Below are positions 1-9,520 of a stretch of DNA of 64,000 nucleotides, one piece after another. The position numbers and the translations under genes were made by a program. This DNA comes from Guillardia theta CCMP2712 (lineage: Eukaryota; Protista; Cryptophyta). Position 1 is the stretch's first letter, and the number at the start of each line of letters is the position of its first letter. Below the pieces are notes generated by a model that saw nothing but the letters and a program-made list of their open reading frames with translations, made no database searches and was not told where the DNA came from. The DNA is taken from positions 1 to 64,000 of the forward strand of contig NW_005434550.1 of the NCBI RefSeq assembly GCF_000315625.1, given 5' to 3'.

Positions 1-1029
1 CATTCGCCCGCTCTTCCCTCCTAGACCCTGAGCTGCGCCTGTCCTGCCCCTTCCCCCCCCAGTCACCCACCTCTTCCCTCCATGACCCTGAGCTGCGCCT
101 GTCTCCTTGGTGCTAGGCTTGTTTTCCTCTCCTGCCGGTGCTCCATAGGTGGCTTGCCCATGAGCCGCGCCTGCCCTCCATCGGACTAGGTCGACTCGCT
201 TCCCCTTCTTGCCGTCCATAGCATGTGTTGCACCACCAGCAGTTGCTTGATTGCTGCTGTCTTGATGCCTTCCCATTCCGTGTCTTCCACCCTTAGCACC
301 CTGAAATTCTCATGCCATTCCCTTTCCATGATCGATCCTTTCACTCCTGCTATGAATGTTGCTTGTTCAACTTCATGGTCAGGTAGCAAAGCTGTGATTT
401 CTGCTCGTAGGGGGGCATATTTCTCTTCCTTTTCCTGAAATTTCTTCTTCAGGCATTCCAGGCTTGTTTGTTCGACTCCGTCATATTCCGATGTCCTTGC
501 AAATTCGATGAGGACAATGCGTTTGATGCTTGCAAAGTAGCAGCAACCGTCAGGTATCCAGTGCCCTTCTCGGCGCATTGAAGTCCCCATCGCTTCCATC
601 ACGATGCGTATTGGGGTGTCCCACCATGAATTGACCTGTACCCTTTGTTTCCTCCAACTCTGCTGCAGTCTTACCTTGATCTTCTTCATGACTTCATTGT
701 GTGCTTTTTGAATCATATCTTGGAACTGCTTGCACGCTAGCTGAACATGACCCCAGGTTTCTTCTCGGTCTGGACAGTGGGGACAACATGGTGAGTTAGT
801 CTTCCCCCATTGAAAGAGCTTCTTCCTCGTCGGTGCTGAGAAGGTGATCGCTTGGATAGCTGTTCGCGTAACTGACCCTTCGCATTGTTTGAACCCTCTC
901 CCTAGTAAATCTCTTCCCACATGCATTTCGAGCATGAATTTCTCTGTCAAGGTGAGGTCTCCCGCTCGAATCCTTGCCACCATTGTCTGTTGTCTGATAA
1001 TGTAGTCCCATTTCTTCAAGCGATCGAAT
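1..1029 (-). mobile_element. 5'-truncated non-LTR retrotransposon of restriction-like-endonuclease (RLE) type: 3' part of ORF plus 3' UTR, running off the window
   Basis: Contains ORF 186-1019. The 5' junction abuts telomeric repeats at 1030-1050. The 3' UTR has a direct repeat (ctcttccctc..gaccctgagctgcgcctgtc at ~11 and ~71). Confidence 0.8.
186..1019 (-). CDS. C-terminal CCHC zinc knuckle plus PD-(D/E)xK restriction-like endonuclease of a non-LTR retrotransposon (fragment)
   Basis: CPHCPDREETWGHVQLAC zinc knuckle, HNEV, WIPDG...IVLIEF...KEEKY...GVKGSI: the motif order of R2/NeSL/CRE-type RLE domains. Confidence 0.8.
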   Translation of the reverse strand: MKKWDYIIRQQTMVARIRAGDLTLTEKFMLEMHVGRDLLGRGFKQCEGSVTRTAIQAITFSAPTRKKLFQWGKTNSPCCPHCPDREETWGHVQLACKQFQDMIQKAHNEVMKKIKVRLQQSWRKQRVQVNSWWDTPIRIVMEAMGTSMRREGHWIPDGCCYFASIKRIVLIEFARTSEYDGVEQTSLECLKKKFQEKEEKYAPLRAEITALLPDHEVEQATFIAGVKGSIMEREWHENFRVLRVEDTEWEGIKTAAIKQLLVVQHMLWTARRGSEST

Positions 1030-1050
1030 CCTGAACCCTAAACCCTAAAC
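1030..1050. repeat. Interstitial telomeric repeat (CCCTAAA)~3
   Basis: cctgaaccctaaaccctaaac. Confidence 0.85.
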
Positions 1051-1065
1051 TCTGACAAGGCCCGG

Positions 1066-1135
1066 TGTCACACCTCGAAGATTCTCGAGTGGACCTTCAA
1101 GCGCAGTTCAATAAGAACTCACGTTGGATTTCTCT
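1066..1135 (-). repeat. Terminal 70 bp (U5 end) of the 3' LTR
   Basis: Identical to 6855-6924. Confidence 0.95.
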
Positions 1136-1137
1136 CA

Positions 1138-3738
1138 GTGCTCTCGCAGCGTACTGTGTCCAGTACGGATACCCTCTACTTCAGCAAGCTGGATATGGCC
1201 TCAGGATTCTGGCAGCTAGCTCTCACTCCTGACAGCTCTCAATATACTGGGTTTGTTACTGAACAAGGATCCTACCAATTCCGCGCTCTGCCCTTTGGTC
1301 TGAAAACGGCCACAGCTGCCTTCCAGAAGTTCTCACAGGGCATCCTCGCAGGTGCGTCTCCTACTGGAGCGCCTCCGCCACCACCAGGTCTTCGTTAAAC
1401 GGAGCAAGTGTGTGTTTCTTCAGACGCAGATCAGTTTTCTCGGATATACTTTGAATGCGCATGGGATTGCACCCGAAGCTAGCAAAGTTGCTGCCATCGA
1501 AGATTTTCCGCCTCCTGCATCTGTGAAACAACTTCGCCAATTTTTAGGCCTCGCCAATTTTTATCGGCGTTTCATCAAGAATTTTGCCAAATATGCTGCA
1601 CCTCTCTCAGATCTGCTGAAAACCAGTCAACGTCGCTTCGTGTGGACTCGGTCTGCTGAGACTGCTTTTGCCGCGCTCAAGACAGCTCTTACGCAGGCTC
1701 CAGTCTTGGCTCACTTCCGTTCTGATCGGCTGACCATCCTGTACACAGACGCTAGCGACCTGGCCATTGGAGCCGCGCTTCATCAGATCGATGAAAACAA
1801 CGAGGAACATCCCGTTGCATTCTATGGCAAGAAACTCTCCTCCGCCGACCACCTATGAGCGTGAGCTTCTTGCTCTCAAGGAAAGTCTCCGTCATTTTTC
1901 CTACTACTTGATTGGTCGTCGCTTTCGTGTATGTACCGATCACCACAGCTTGATCAGATTGAACACCCAGTCTGAACTCTCTCCCCGCCTGGCTCGTTGG
2001 TTGTCTACCTTCCTTCAGTACGACATGGAGATCCACCACATCCCTGGCGAAACTAACGTCGTTGCTGATGCCCTCAGTCGGATCTCAGGCGACTCGCCTG
2101 CTCCATCGTTCGCTCCCCAATCACCCGCTGATCTGACTCAGGCTCATGATCGCGCTATGCGCGCTGAAGACATTGCTCGGGATCTTCTTGTTGGTCTTCA
2201 TACCGTTCAGATGCTTACGGATTCCTTGTTCGTCTCCCAACTGATGCAGAACTACTCCACCTGTCCTGATTTTCAGGTTTTATACCAATTGGGCAAAGAC
2301 GGTGAATTGCTCGGCCAACCGGGTTGTCGTCATTTTGAATTTTCGGATGACTTGCTCTACTATGTTGACTCTACCGGCAGGACGAGGATCTGTGTTCCTA
2401 CCGCTATCCGCGCTGCTGTACTACGCCTAGCGCATGATGATGCCGGACATGTGGGTTCTGACAAAAACTACCTCTCACTTGTTGCCAAAGTCTACTGGAA
2501 TAACATGAAGCGTGACGTCGAAAATTACGTGCATTCCTGCCTCATTTGCCAGGCTGCGAAGAACTACAAACAGAAACCCATCGGGTTGCCCAAGAGTCAT
2601 GACGTTCCTGCTGACAAATTTGACGTCATCTCCGTCGATCTCCTCAGCGGACTTCCGACTACCTCCCAAGGTCATGATTCTCTCTTCGTCATGTTGGACT
2701 CGTTCTCGCAACATGTCACGCTGGCTCCAACTCACAAGTCTGCTACGACCCAGGAACTTGTGGATTTATTTCTCCAATACTTCTATCGCACTCGTGGTCT
2801 TCCTGCTGCAATCCTTTCGGATAATGGGCCAAATGTCTCCTCGCATTTTTGGGATACAGTATTTCAGACGCTAGGCGTTCAGGTACGCCACTCTTCCAAG
2901 TACTATCCCCAGGCCAATGGTCGCGTTGAACGGATCAATGCAACCATTCTGGACATGCTCCGCACTAAACTCGCTCAGGGTTCATCTGAATGGACAGTCC
3001 ATCTTCCATTCATTGAGTTTGCCCTCAATCATGCCCCCCGTCGTGAAACAGGGTTATCTGCTTTTCAAGTGGAATACGGCAAGAATCCGCGTTCAGTTAT
3101 GGACTTGACCCTTGATCAGGTTCTTCCTCAAGCCCGCACGACTGTCGACAACATACGTGCAGGTGAAAACCTTGTGCGAGATACCTTGGCCTCGATCGCC
3201 AATCGAGCAGAGACGCGTCTACTTCCTTCTCGCCGCCCGCTTCGATGGCAAGTTGGTGATTTGGTCTGGATCGACGCGCGTTTATTCAATCAGCAGTTTG
3301 AAATTCGCAAATTTCGAGATCGATACATTGGTCCTTTCCCTATCACCGAGGTTTGCAACAACAACAATTATCCGGCGGGTTGATGTTCGCCAGCGCTTCC
3401 CTCGCATGGATCAAGATGTTTTTAATGCCAAGTTCCTACGCCCCCATGTGCGCAGGAAAGATCATTTGCAACAGCCTGTGGTTTCCCAACCTGTGCCTGG
3501 ATTCTACGAAGTGGCTCGCATCCTCAATCATCGTCAACGTAATGGTGCGAAGCAATATCTGGTTCGATGGAAGGGATTTTCCTCCGCCGACGACACTTGG
3601 GAACCGGTTGTCCATCTCTCGCGTACACCGGCGCTCCGTCAGTTGCTTCAGAAATATGAACAGCATCGCACGCGTCAAGATGCTTCTGCAGCTTCTCATG
3701 GACAGCGGCAGCGGCGGCGTCGTGCGCCTCTCAATTAG
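1138..3738 (+). pseudogene. pol: Inverted pol: RT C-terminal part, RNase H, integrase and chromodomain; frameshifted, RT YxDD segment missing
   Basis: FSKLDMASGFWQ, LPFGLKTA, FLGY, LYTDASDLAIGA, TDHHSL, HHCC (HDDAGH..CLIC), SVD/SDNG/NGRVER and chromodomain YEVARILNHR..YLVRWKGF..DTWEP. Frame breaks at ~1350, ~1850 and ~3370. Confidence 0.95.
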
Positions 3739-3828
3739 GAATTTTACGTGCTGCGCCTGGAGCGTGTCAGAGGAAAAACAGATTTGACAAGCTGAGAAAG
3801 CGAAGTTTTCTGAGTCCGGAGCACTCCA

Positions 3829-3848
3829 AGAAAGCGCAGAGAAGAGCG
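3829..3848 (+). promoter_or_regulatory. Polypurine tract
   Basis: agaaagcgcagagaagagcg immediately before the LTR TGTCA at 3849. Confidence 0.6.
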
Positions 3849-4401
3849 TGTCAGAGCTCATAGGAACCGAGCCCGAGTCAGACAAAGGCCTATCAGGATG
3901 AAAGGACAGTTGGCTGTCTCGTACTCGTGTTTGAAGCTGACTTCTCCTGGATGACCCAGGATACTCTACTCCAGTGTGAAGCTGCTGAAAGGACCCCTGT
4001 GGAGGCCTTTGTTGCAGCAACCGTGTACCACAAGGTAAACAGAAGGGGTGCGTCTTGTGCAGTACGACCCGTTGGAAGCAGCTTGCTGCCATGCAAGGAC
4101 GGGGTTCTCTTCCCTGCGAGAGAGCATGGTATCCTCTCGAAGGTCAGAAGGGATGCTTGTCAACTTCCAAGAACAGGATACCCCTCCTTTCTGTAGCCAA
4201 GAGACGGCACCCCTGGCTCATTCCTCGAAGCTATAAAAGGATGAAACTCGTCAGAGCTAGGTGGTCCTCTTCCCCTTTCGTGTGTGTGCCACGATTGTTG
4301 AGACGTCTTTGTGTGTATCGTCTTGTCTTGTTTTGTGTGTGTGTGTGAAAGAAATAAAAGAGAGTTAGATCTCCTTCTGTTTCACCGCTTTCCCTCTTAG
4401 T
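3849..4401 (+). repeat. Inverted 553-bp main part of the 3' LTR (TATA ctataaaagg 4231-4240, AATAAA 4353-4358)
   Basis: Reverse complement of 6925-7477 apart from two 12-bp indels. 553 + 70 = 623 bp, equal to the 5' LTR length. Confidence 0.95.
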
Positions 4402-6749
4402 ACTGTGACGCGCCCGATCCGTTCCATGAGCTCGGTAGGGACGGGAGGCGGAAAACTGTCGTCGAGGAGGTGATTGTTGACTCCTCGATAATCAATACAA
4501 AAACGAAATTGAGGGACTCCTTCAGAGGAAAGACCTTTGCGAACAAAGATGACGGGACTCTGCCACATGACATCATTGTTCCGCTCGATGATGCCGCGTG
4601 CCAACAAGAAGTCGATCGTTTTAGCGAGCTCCTCCTGGAGCGTCGCCGGAAGTCGGTAGGGACGACGACGAATTGGACGAACGTCATCAGGAACCCGAAG
4701 GACAACGTCATACTGCCCCCGCGAGACAGGTGGCTGGATTGGTAGTTCGTCCACCAGAACATCGGAAAAATCCTCGAGTAGCTCCTGCAAGGCCGGAGCT
4801 GCGAGCGGCGAGGCCGACGAGGCGACCTGAGAGACCAACGAACTGGTAGAAACAGGCGAGGACACGGTCGCCATGACCCAGGGCATCATATCCTCAGGTG
4901 GAGGAGGCGGAAGCGTGTTCCAGTCCGCATGCCAGGGAAAAATCAAACACTGGGCTTGCCGCATAGCCGCGGAGCCAGGACCAGGGATGTGAAATGCGAG
5001 CGGAAGGCGTTGACGCCCCGCAGTACCATCCTGCGCTGGAATAGTAACGAGCTTGGAATGAAAGTCGATATTCATTTTCATCTTGGCAATGAACGGTTGG
5101 GACAAGATCGCCGGCAGTGATGCTGGAGAGTCCAAAATGAAGAACGTTTCTTGCGTTTCAACATTGGTGCCTGCAATGCGAAACGGCAGGAGGCAGGTTT
5201 CACGAAGCACGACCTGGGCGTCGCCATGAGCGAACTGAGCGGTAAGCGTGGCGGGAATTCGCTGTGTGGTCAATTGGAGCTGTCGCGCAACCTGACGCGA
5301 GATCACACTGATCTCAGCACCCGAGTCAAGCAAAGCCAGGATCTCGGAAGTAGCAGCTGGCACCGGAGAGGTGAGTGGTACAATGGGCAGATAGAGAAGC
5401 GATCCTGAAGACGCCCCGTGCTCCTGAGAGCCAAGGGAGTGGAGTGCAATCGGATGCAAGTGTACCTCGAGAGCGTCACCGTCCAGAGGCACTTCATCTT
5501 CCAGTTCTTCAGCAAAATGCACCTGAGGACGGCGCTTAGGCGTCTTCGAGCGAGCAGCAATCTTGTTAGCTGCAACGGACGGAGCAGCCTTGCGGTCGTC
5601 GGAAGTCTGAACAGCGCCAAGCAGAGGCGGAGAGGAGGAGTCGGACGACTGCTCACGTTCAGGACTCTGACTGCGGCGGGTACGACGACACTCGGAAGAT
5701 CGATGTCCGAGTTTGCCACAGTTGTAACAACGGATGGCATTGGTCGATGTGTTTGGGGACGAGGAGTCTCCCGCACTCCTGGCGTCCTGCCGAGCAGCAC
5801 GGCGCTCTTTGAAGGCCGAAGCCTTGCCAGAAGGACGACTCTTGCGATCATTAGAATTAGAGGAGCGATTGCCCACCTGCATGGAGTAGAGCTGCCGGTG
5901 GGGATCTGCTCCCGTCGAATGTTCTTTGGTTCTGGTCTGATTGTCGATCTTGAGCGCGTACTCCCTGAGCTGACGGAAGTCGACATCATCCGAACGCTGT
6001 AGAGTCACCCACTGATTCAAGAGTAGAGCAGTCATATGCGATCGGACACCATTAATGAACCGTTTGCAGACCAGTGAGGACGTCGCAAATAATTTAGCTG
6101 AAGTTGCTCGATTAAGGTCAGGGTTCGGGCAGCATACGAAGCAAGAGATTCCTGACGGTCTTGATTCAAATTGTCGAGTTGGTGAATGAGATTCGACAGC
6201 AGGTGAGGAGGCAGGAATTTTTCACGAATTTCCTCTGAAAATGTATCCCATTCCATGCGGCGAAAGGTCTCTGGCGGGTACTTGGCCACGAAGTGTTGGC
6301 GGACTGGAGCATCCAGTAAATCGAGGGTATGGACAACCCAGTTGGCTCGGGGGATACCATACACAGCAAAGGAGTACTGAATGGTTTGAACCCATGTCAA
6401 GACATTGTTGGCGCTAGTTTGGCGGGCAGTATCCAACTTGGGGAGATTTCGCAACTTAGCAAGCAGCCAGAGAGACCAGCTGAGGACCGTCACGCGAGGA
6501 GATGGGGGGCGGTCCAGGCTTGAGAGCGGCGGGCGGGACCGCCTCAGAAGAAGCAGGAGCTTCGAGAGCGTTCAACCGCTGCTGAACCTCCAGCAGCGCG
6601 GCAGACATGTTTTGGAGCGACCGATCCTCGGTCGATTCGGGACGAAGATCGTCGTCAATGCCGGAAGCAGATTGCCAGTCATGTTCCAAAGTATCCGTAG
6701 CATTCTCGTCCAGCATGCGAGCTGCGAGTCGAGTATTGTATCCGGACAT
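4402..6749 (-). pseudogene. gag: gag (capsid, CCHC knuckle), aspartic protease and RT N-terminus; frameshifted
   Basis: ORFs 6456-6749, 6032-6493 and 4365-6035. Motifs CYNCGKLGHRSSEC, LLDSGA, RPYRLP, WQSPVIFVRK, RFCIDYRGVN. Confidence 0.92.
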
Positions 6750-6832
6750 CTACGCGACGTAAGCGTAGGAAGAAGCAGAAGAACAGTGGAGAAAGGGAGG
6801 GGGAGAGAGAAGACTCGATCTCTATCACCGAT

Positions 6833-6848
6833 CACAACCTTGCTACCA
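6833..6848 (-). promoter_or_regulatory. tRNA primer-binding site
   Basis: On the minus strand TGGTAGCAAGGTTGTG lies 6 nt after the LTR end TGACA. TGG is complementary to tRNA CCA. Confidence 0.7.
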
Positions 6849-6854
6849 ATTTTA

Positions 6855-7477
6855 TGTCACACCTCGAAGATTCTCGAGTGGACCTTCAAGCGCAGTTCAA
6901 TAAGAACTCACGTTGGATTTCTCTACTAAGAGGGAAAGCGGTGAAACAGAAGGAGATCTAACTCTCTTTTATTTCTTTCACACACACACACAAAACAAGA
7001 CAAGACGATACACACAAAGACGTCTCAACAATCGTGGCACACACACGAAAGGGGAAGAGGACCACCTAGCTCTGACGAGTTTCATCCTTTTATAGCTTCG
7101 AGGAATGAGCCAGGGGTGCCGTCTCTTGGCTACAGAAAGGAGGGGTATCCTGTTCTTGGAAGTTGACAAGCATCCCTTCTGACCTTCGAGAGGATACCAT
7201 GCTCTCTCGCAGGGAAGAGAACCCCGTCCTTGCATGGCAGCAAGCTGCTTCCAACGGGTCGTACTGCACAAGACGCACCCCTTCTGTTTACCTTGTAAGT
7301 CCCCCACGGGTACACGGTTGCTGCAACAAAGGCCTCCACAGGGGTCCTTTCAGCAGCTTCACACTGGAGTAGAGTATCCTGGGTCATCCAGGAGAAGTCA
7401 GCTTCAAACACGAGTACGAGACAGCCAACTGTCCTTGCCTTTGTCTGACTCGGGCTCGGTTCCTATGAGCTCTGACA
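6855..7477 (-). repeat. Intact 5' LTR (623 bp)
   Basis: TGTCA..TGACA ends, TATA at 7086-7095 on the minus strand, followed by PBS and gag. Confidence 0.95.
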
Positions 7478-7484
7478 CCCGGCT

Positions 7485-7541
7485 CCTAAACCCTAAACCC
7501 TAAACCCTAAACCCTAAACCCTAAACCCTAAACCCTAAACC
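7485..7541. repeat. Interstitial telomeric tract (CCCTAAA)~8
   Basis: Perfect Arabidopsis-type telomere repeats. Confidence 0.97.
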
Positions 7542-8334
7542 TCTGTGGCTCGGAACGGTCTGCCGTCTATGCAGTATTCTCTCCTGCCTTCCCATAGCTC
7601 CATGGCTGCTTCATTCCGAAGGAAGGAGACGGTGACTGAGATGTCGTCTGCTCGTGCTATCTCAGGTCTGTAAGGTGCTTTCCACATGATGGCCTTGTCG
7701 ACTCCATCGACTGAGTCTACGATGAGACCCAGCTCCATAAGCTTCGATTTCAACTTTTCTTCTTGTCGAACAAACATCGAGGAAATCCCTAGGAGAGTCA
7801 TGGAGATGAAGGAGGTCCCCTCGGTGCCTTAAACCATGCTCTCGACTCTGAGCTCCATTCGCTCAGAGAGTCTTCAAACAGGTCGCGTCTTGCCTGCCGA
7901 CATGTCGAGCGGATGGCTTCAGCGATAGCGTCGGGAGTGCATCCCCCCTCAGCTCTGCAAGCATAAGCTGTCCGACTATTCGGATAACGCTTGGTGAAGC
8001 TCTTCACCTTCTCGACGAGGTCGGCGGCCTCCTCGACGTGGCCTCCAGAGCGCTCTGCCTGCGTGTATTGGCATGATCTCCGATACAGCAGGTTGCGAAC
8101 GCTCTCATCATACTGTAGTACCATGCTTAGAAAGCTGTTTGAACGATACAAACCTCTTGCTCGCAGCTTCCACCGGTCCCCTTGCGCTCTCCCTACGCGC
8201 CGCAGGCAGCATGCTCTTACTAAGGGCCGGCTGCTCTTACTAAGGGCCGGCTGCTCTTACTAAGGGCCGGCTGCTCTTACTAAGGGCCGGCTGCTCTTAC
8301 TAAGGGCCGGCTGCTCTTACTAAGGGCCGGCTCA
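7542..8334 (-). mobile_element. Probable 5' portion of a telomere-associated retroelement (5' tandem repeats plus frameshifted ORF), truncated and capped by telomere repeats
   Basis: Bounded on both sides by CCCTAAA. ORFs 7798-8151 and 7535-7801; the latter terminates inside TTTAGGG. No diagnostic domain recognised. Confidence 0.5.
8212..8331. repeat. Six perfect tandem copies of the 20-bp unit TGCTCTTACTAAGGGCCGGC
   Basis: Direct reading. Confidence 0.97.
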
Positions 8335-8349
8335 TAAACCCTAAACCCC
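8335..8349. repeat. Innermost telomeric repeat remnant
   Basis: taaaccctaaacccc. Confidence 0.75.
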
Positions 8350-8383
8350 AAGTAGTATTCATCTCTTTGATTTCACGTGCGAA

Positions 8384-9520
8384 ATGGTAGACCTGGCTGA
8401 AGACAGTGAAGTTGTGGTTATGATTGAGGGAAAGGACAGACTCTTCTGTCGAGCATGCAAAATTGAGCTGGCAGGAATTGGGCCAAAGGTTACGAAACAG
8501 CATTTAAAAAGCAAAACGCACAAACAAAGCTTGCGAGGTCTTGGTGCATCGGAGAGCAATGAATCGGAGAGCAAGCCACATGTGGAGAAGCAGATCAACG
8601 CAGGGGATCCAGAAAACTGCAGGGACGAACCGTGTCAGATTTGCCTCAAAATGGGACGAATTGACACACGACACAGCTTAGAGTCGTTCAAGGATGCACT
8701 GGAAGCAGGTGAAACCGTCCGCCCTTGCTTCCCTCCCCCGTTTGTTCGATCGCCCAAGAGCCTTTTTCCCGGCTGCAAGCATCCATTCATCACTTTCGAG
8801 AGTGGATCTCTTGAAGAGGTTCCTGACAATCTAGAGGACTGCTTGGAGCTATTTTGCAATGCAGGGGCGAATGAGGGGAACAAACCGCCAAACATTGATA
8901 TCAATGGCGTGAATTTCAAAGCCAAGTCATTGTCTAATGCGCGCAGAACTCTCCTACAAGCAGATGCATCTGGCGACATGTACTGGGCAGCGCTAGTAGT
9001 GGATTCCATCAAACATCCTCTATGGTGGCCGCGAAAGGATCGCAACGTGTGTGTAGGAGTCGGGGATGTGCCCAACTTTAATCAAGTGATCATAGGCAGC
9101 GGGCACACGGACATAGGGATACACATAGACAATGCTCCTCGACCCTCATCTTGCAGCCAGCCTGCTCCTGGCGAAAAAATTGCTTATGACATGGTCGATC
9201 ACAAAGACCCGCAGTACTCGTTCTGCTTGAGCGCAGGTGAAGAGAGCGTGCATGTGGATACTTACATTACCATGGCCCGAGGATGTAAATATGTCATCAT
9301 GCTTCCATCGGGGGGGAATTTCTTTGGCGACAAGCAACCATTCCCCAAGGATGTTGATTTTGAGACCATGTCGAAGATCGTGAACGCAGGAGGATACTAT
9401 TTCAGTCTTGAGCCTGTTGACCCTGAGCAGCATGTGACTCTGTTCACGCCCAAGTCATGGCACCACTGGCTCCTTGGCATGTCCGACTGGCATTTGATAT
9501 TTGGTGCCAGTCGCTTCTGA
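8384..9520 (+). CDS. Intronless protein with an N-terminal C2H2 (U1/matrin-like) zinc finger and a C-terminal JmjC/cupin-like domain
   Basis: FCRACKIELAG..QHLKSKTHK; GHTDIGIHID (HxD) ... GCKYVIML ... LFTPKSWHHWL (distal His). Confidence 0.7.
   Translation: MVDLAEDSEVVVMIEGKDRLFCRACKIELAGIGPKVTKQHLKSKTHKQSLRGLGASESNESESKPHVEKQINAGDPENCRDEPCQICLKMGRIDTRHSLESFKDALEAGETVRPCFPPPFVRSPKSLFPGCKHPFITFESGSLEEVPDNLEDCLELFCNAGANEGNKPPNIDINGVNFKAKSLSNARRTLLQADASGDMYWAALVVDSIKHPLWWPRKDRNVCVGVGDVPNFNQVIIGSGHTDIGIHIDNAPRPSSCSQPAPGEKIAYDMVDHKDPQYSFCLSAGEESVHVDTYITMARGCKYVIMLPSGGNFFGDKQPFPKDVDFETMSKIVNAGGYYFSLEPVDPEQHVTLFTPKSWHHWLLGMSDWHLIFGASRF

Larger units (their letters stand above)
1066..7477 (-). mobile_element. 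Ty3/Gypsy chromovirus LTR retrotransposon, both ends intact, with an internal inversion (1136-4401)
   Basis: TGTCA...TGACA termini. 5-bp TSD CCCGG at 1061-1065 and 7478-7482. 623-bp LTRs. gag-ZnK-PR-RT-RH-IN-chromodomain motifs all present. Confidence 0.95.

Noticed and set aside
3760-3772. Second LTR start (gagcgtgtcagag repeated at 3844-3856)
   Set aside because: Only 13 bp match and nothing downstream is LTR-like.
3927-4348. ORFs inside the LTRs (also 6978-7411)
   Set aside because: They are duplicated only because the LTRs are; no motifs.
1066-7477. DIRS-like element with native inverted or split LTRs
   Set aside because: It has a DDE integrase, protease, chromodomain and a 5-bp TSD but no tyrosine recombinase, and the break falls inside RT.
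8212-8331. CRISPR-like array
   Set aside because: Head-to-tail identical 20-mers with no spacers and no cas genes, in a eukaryotic context.
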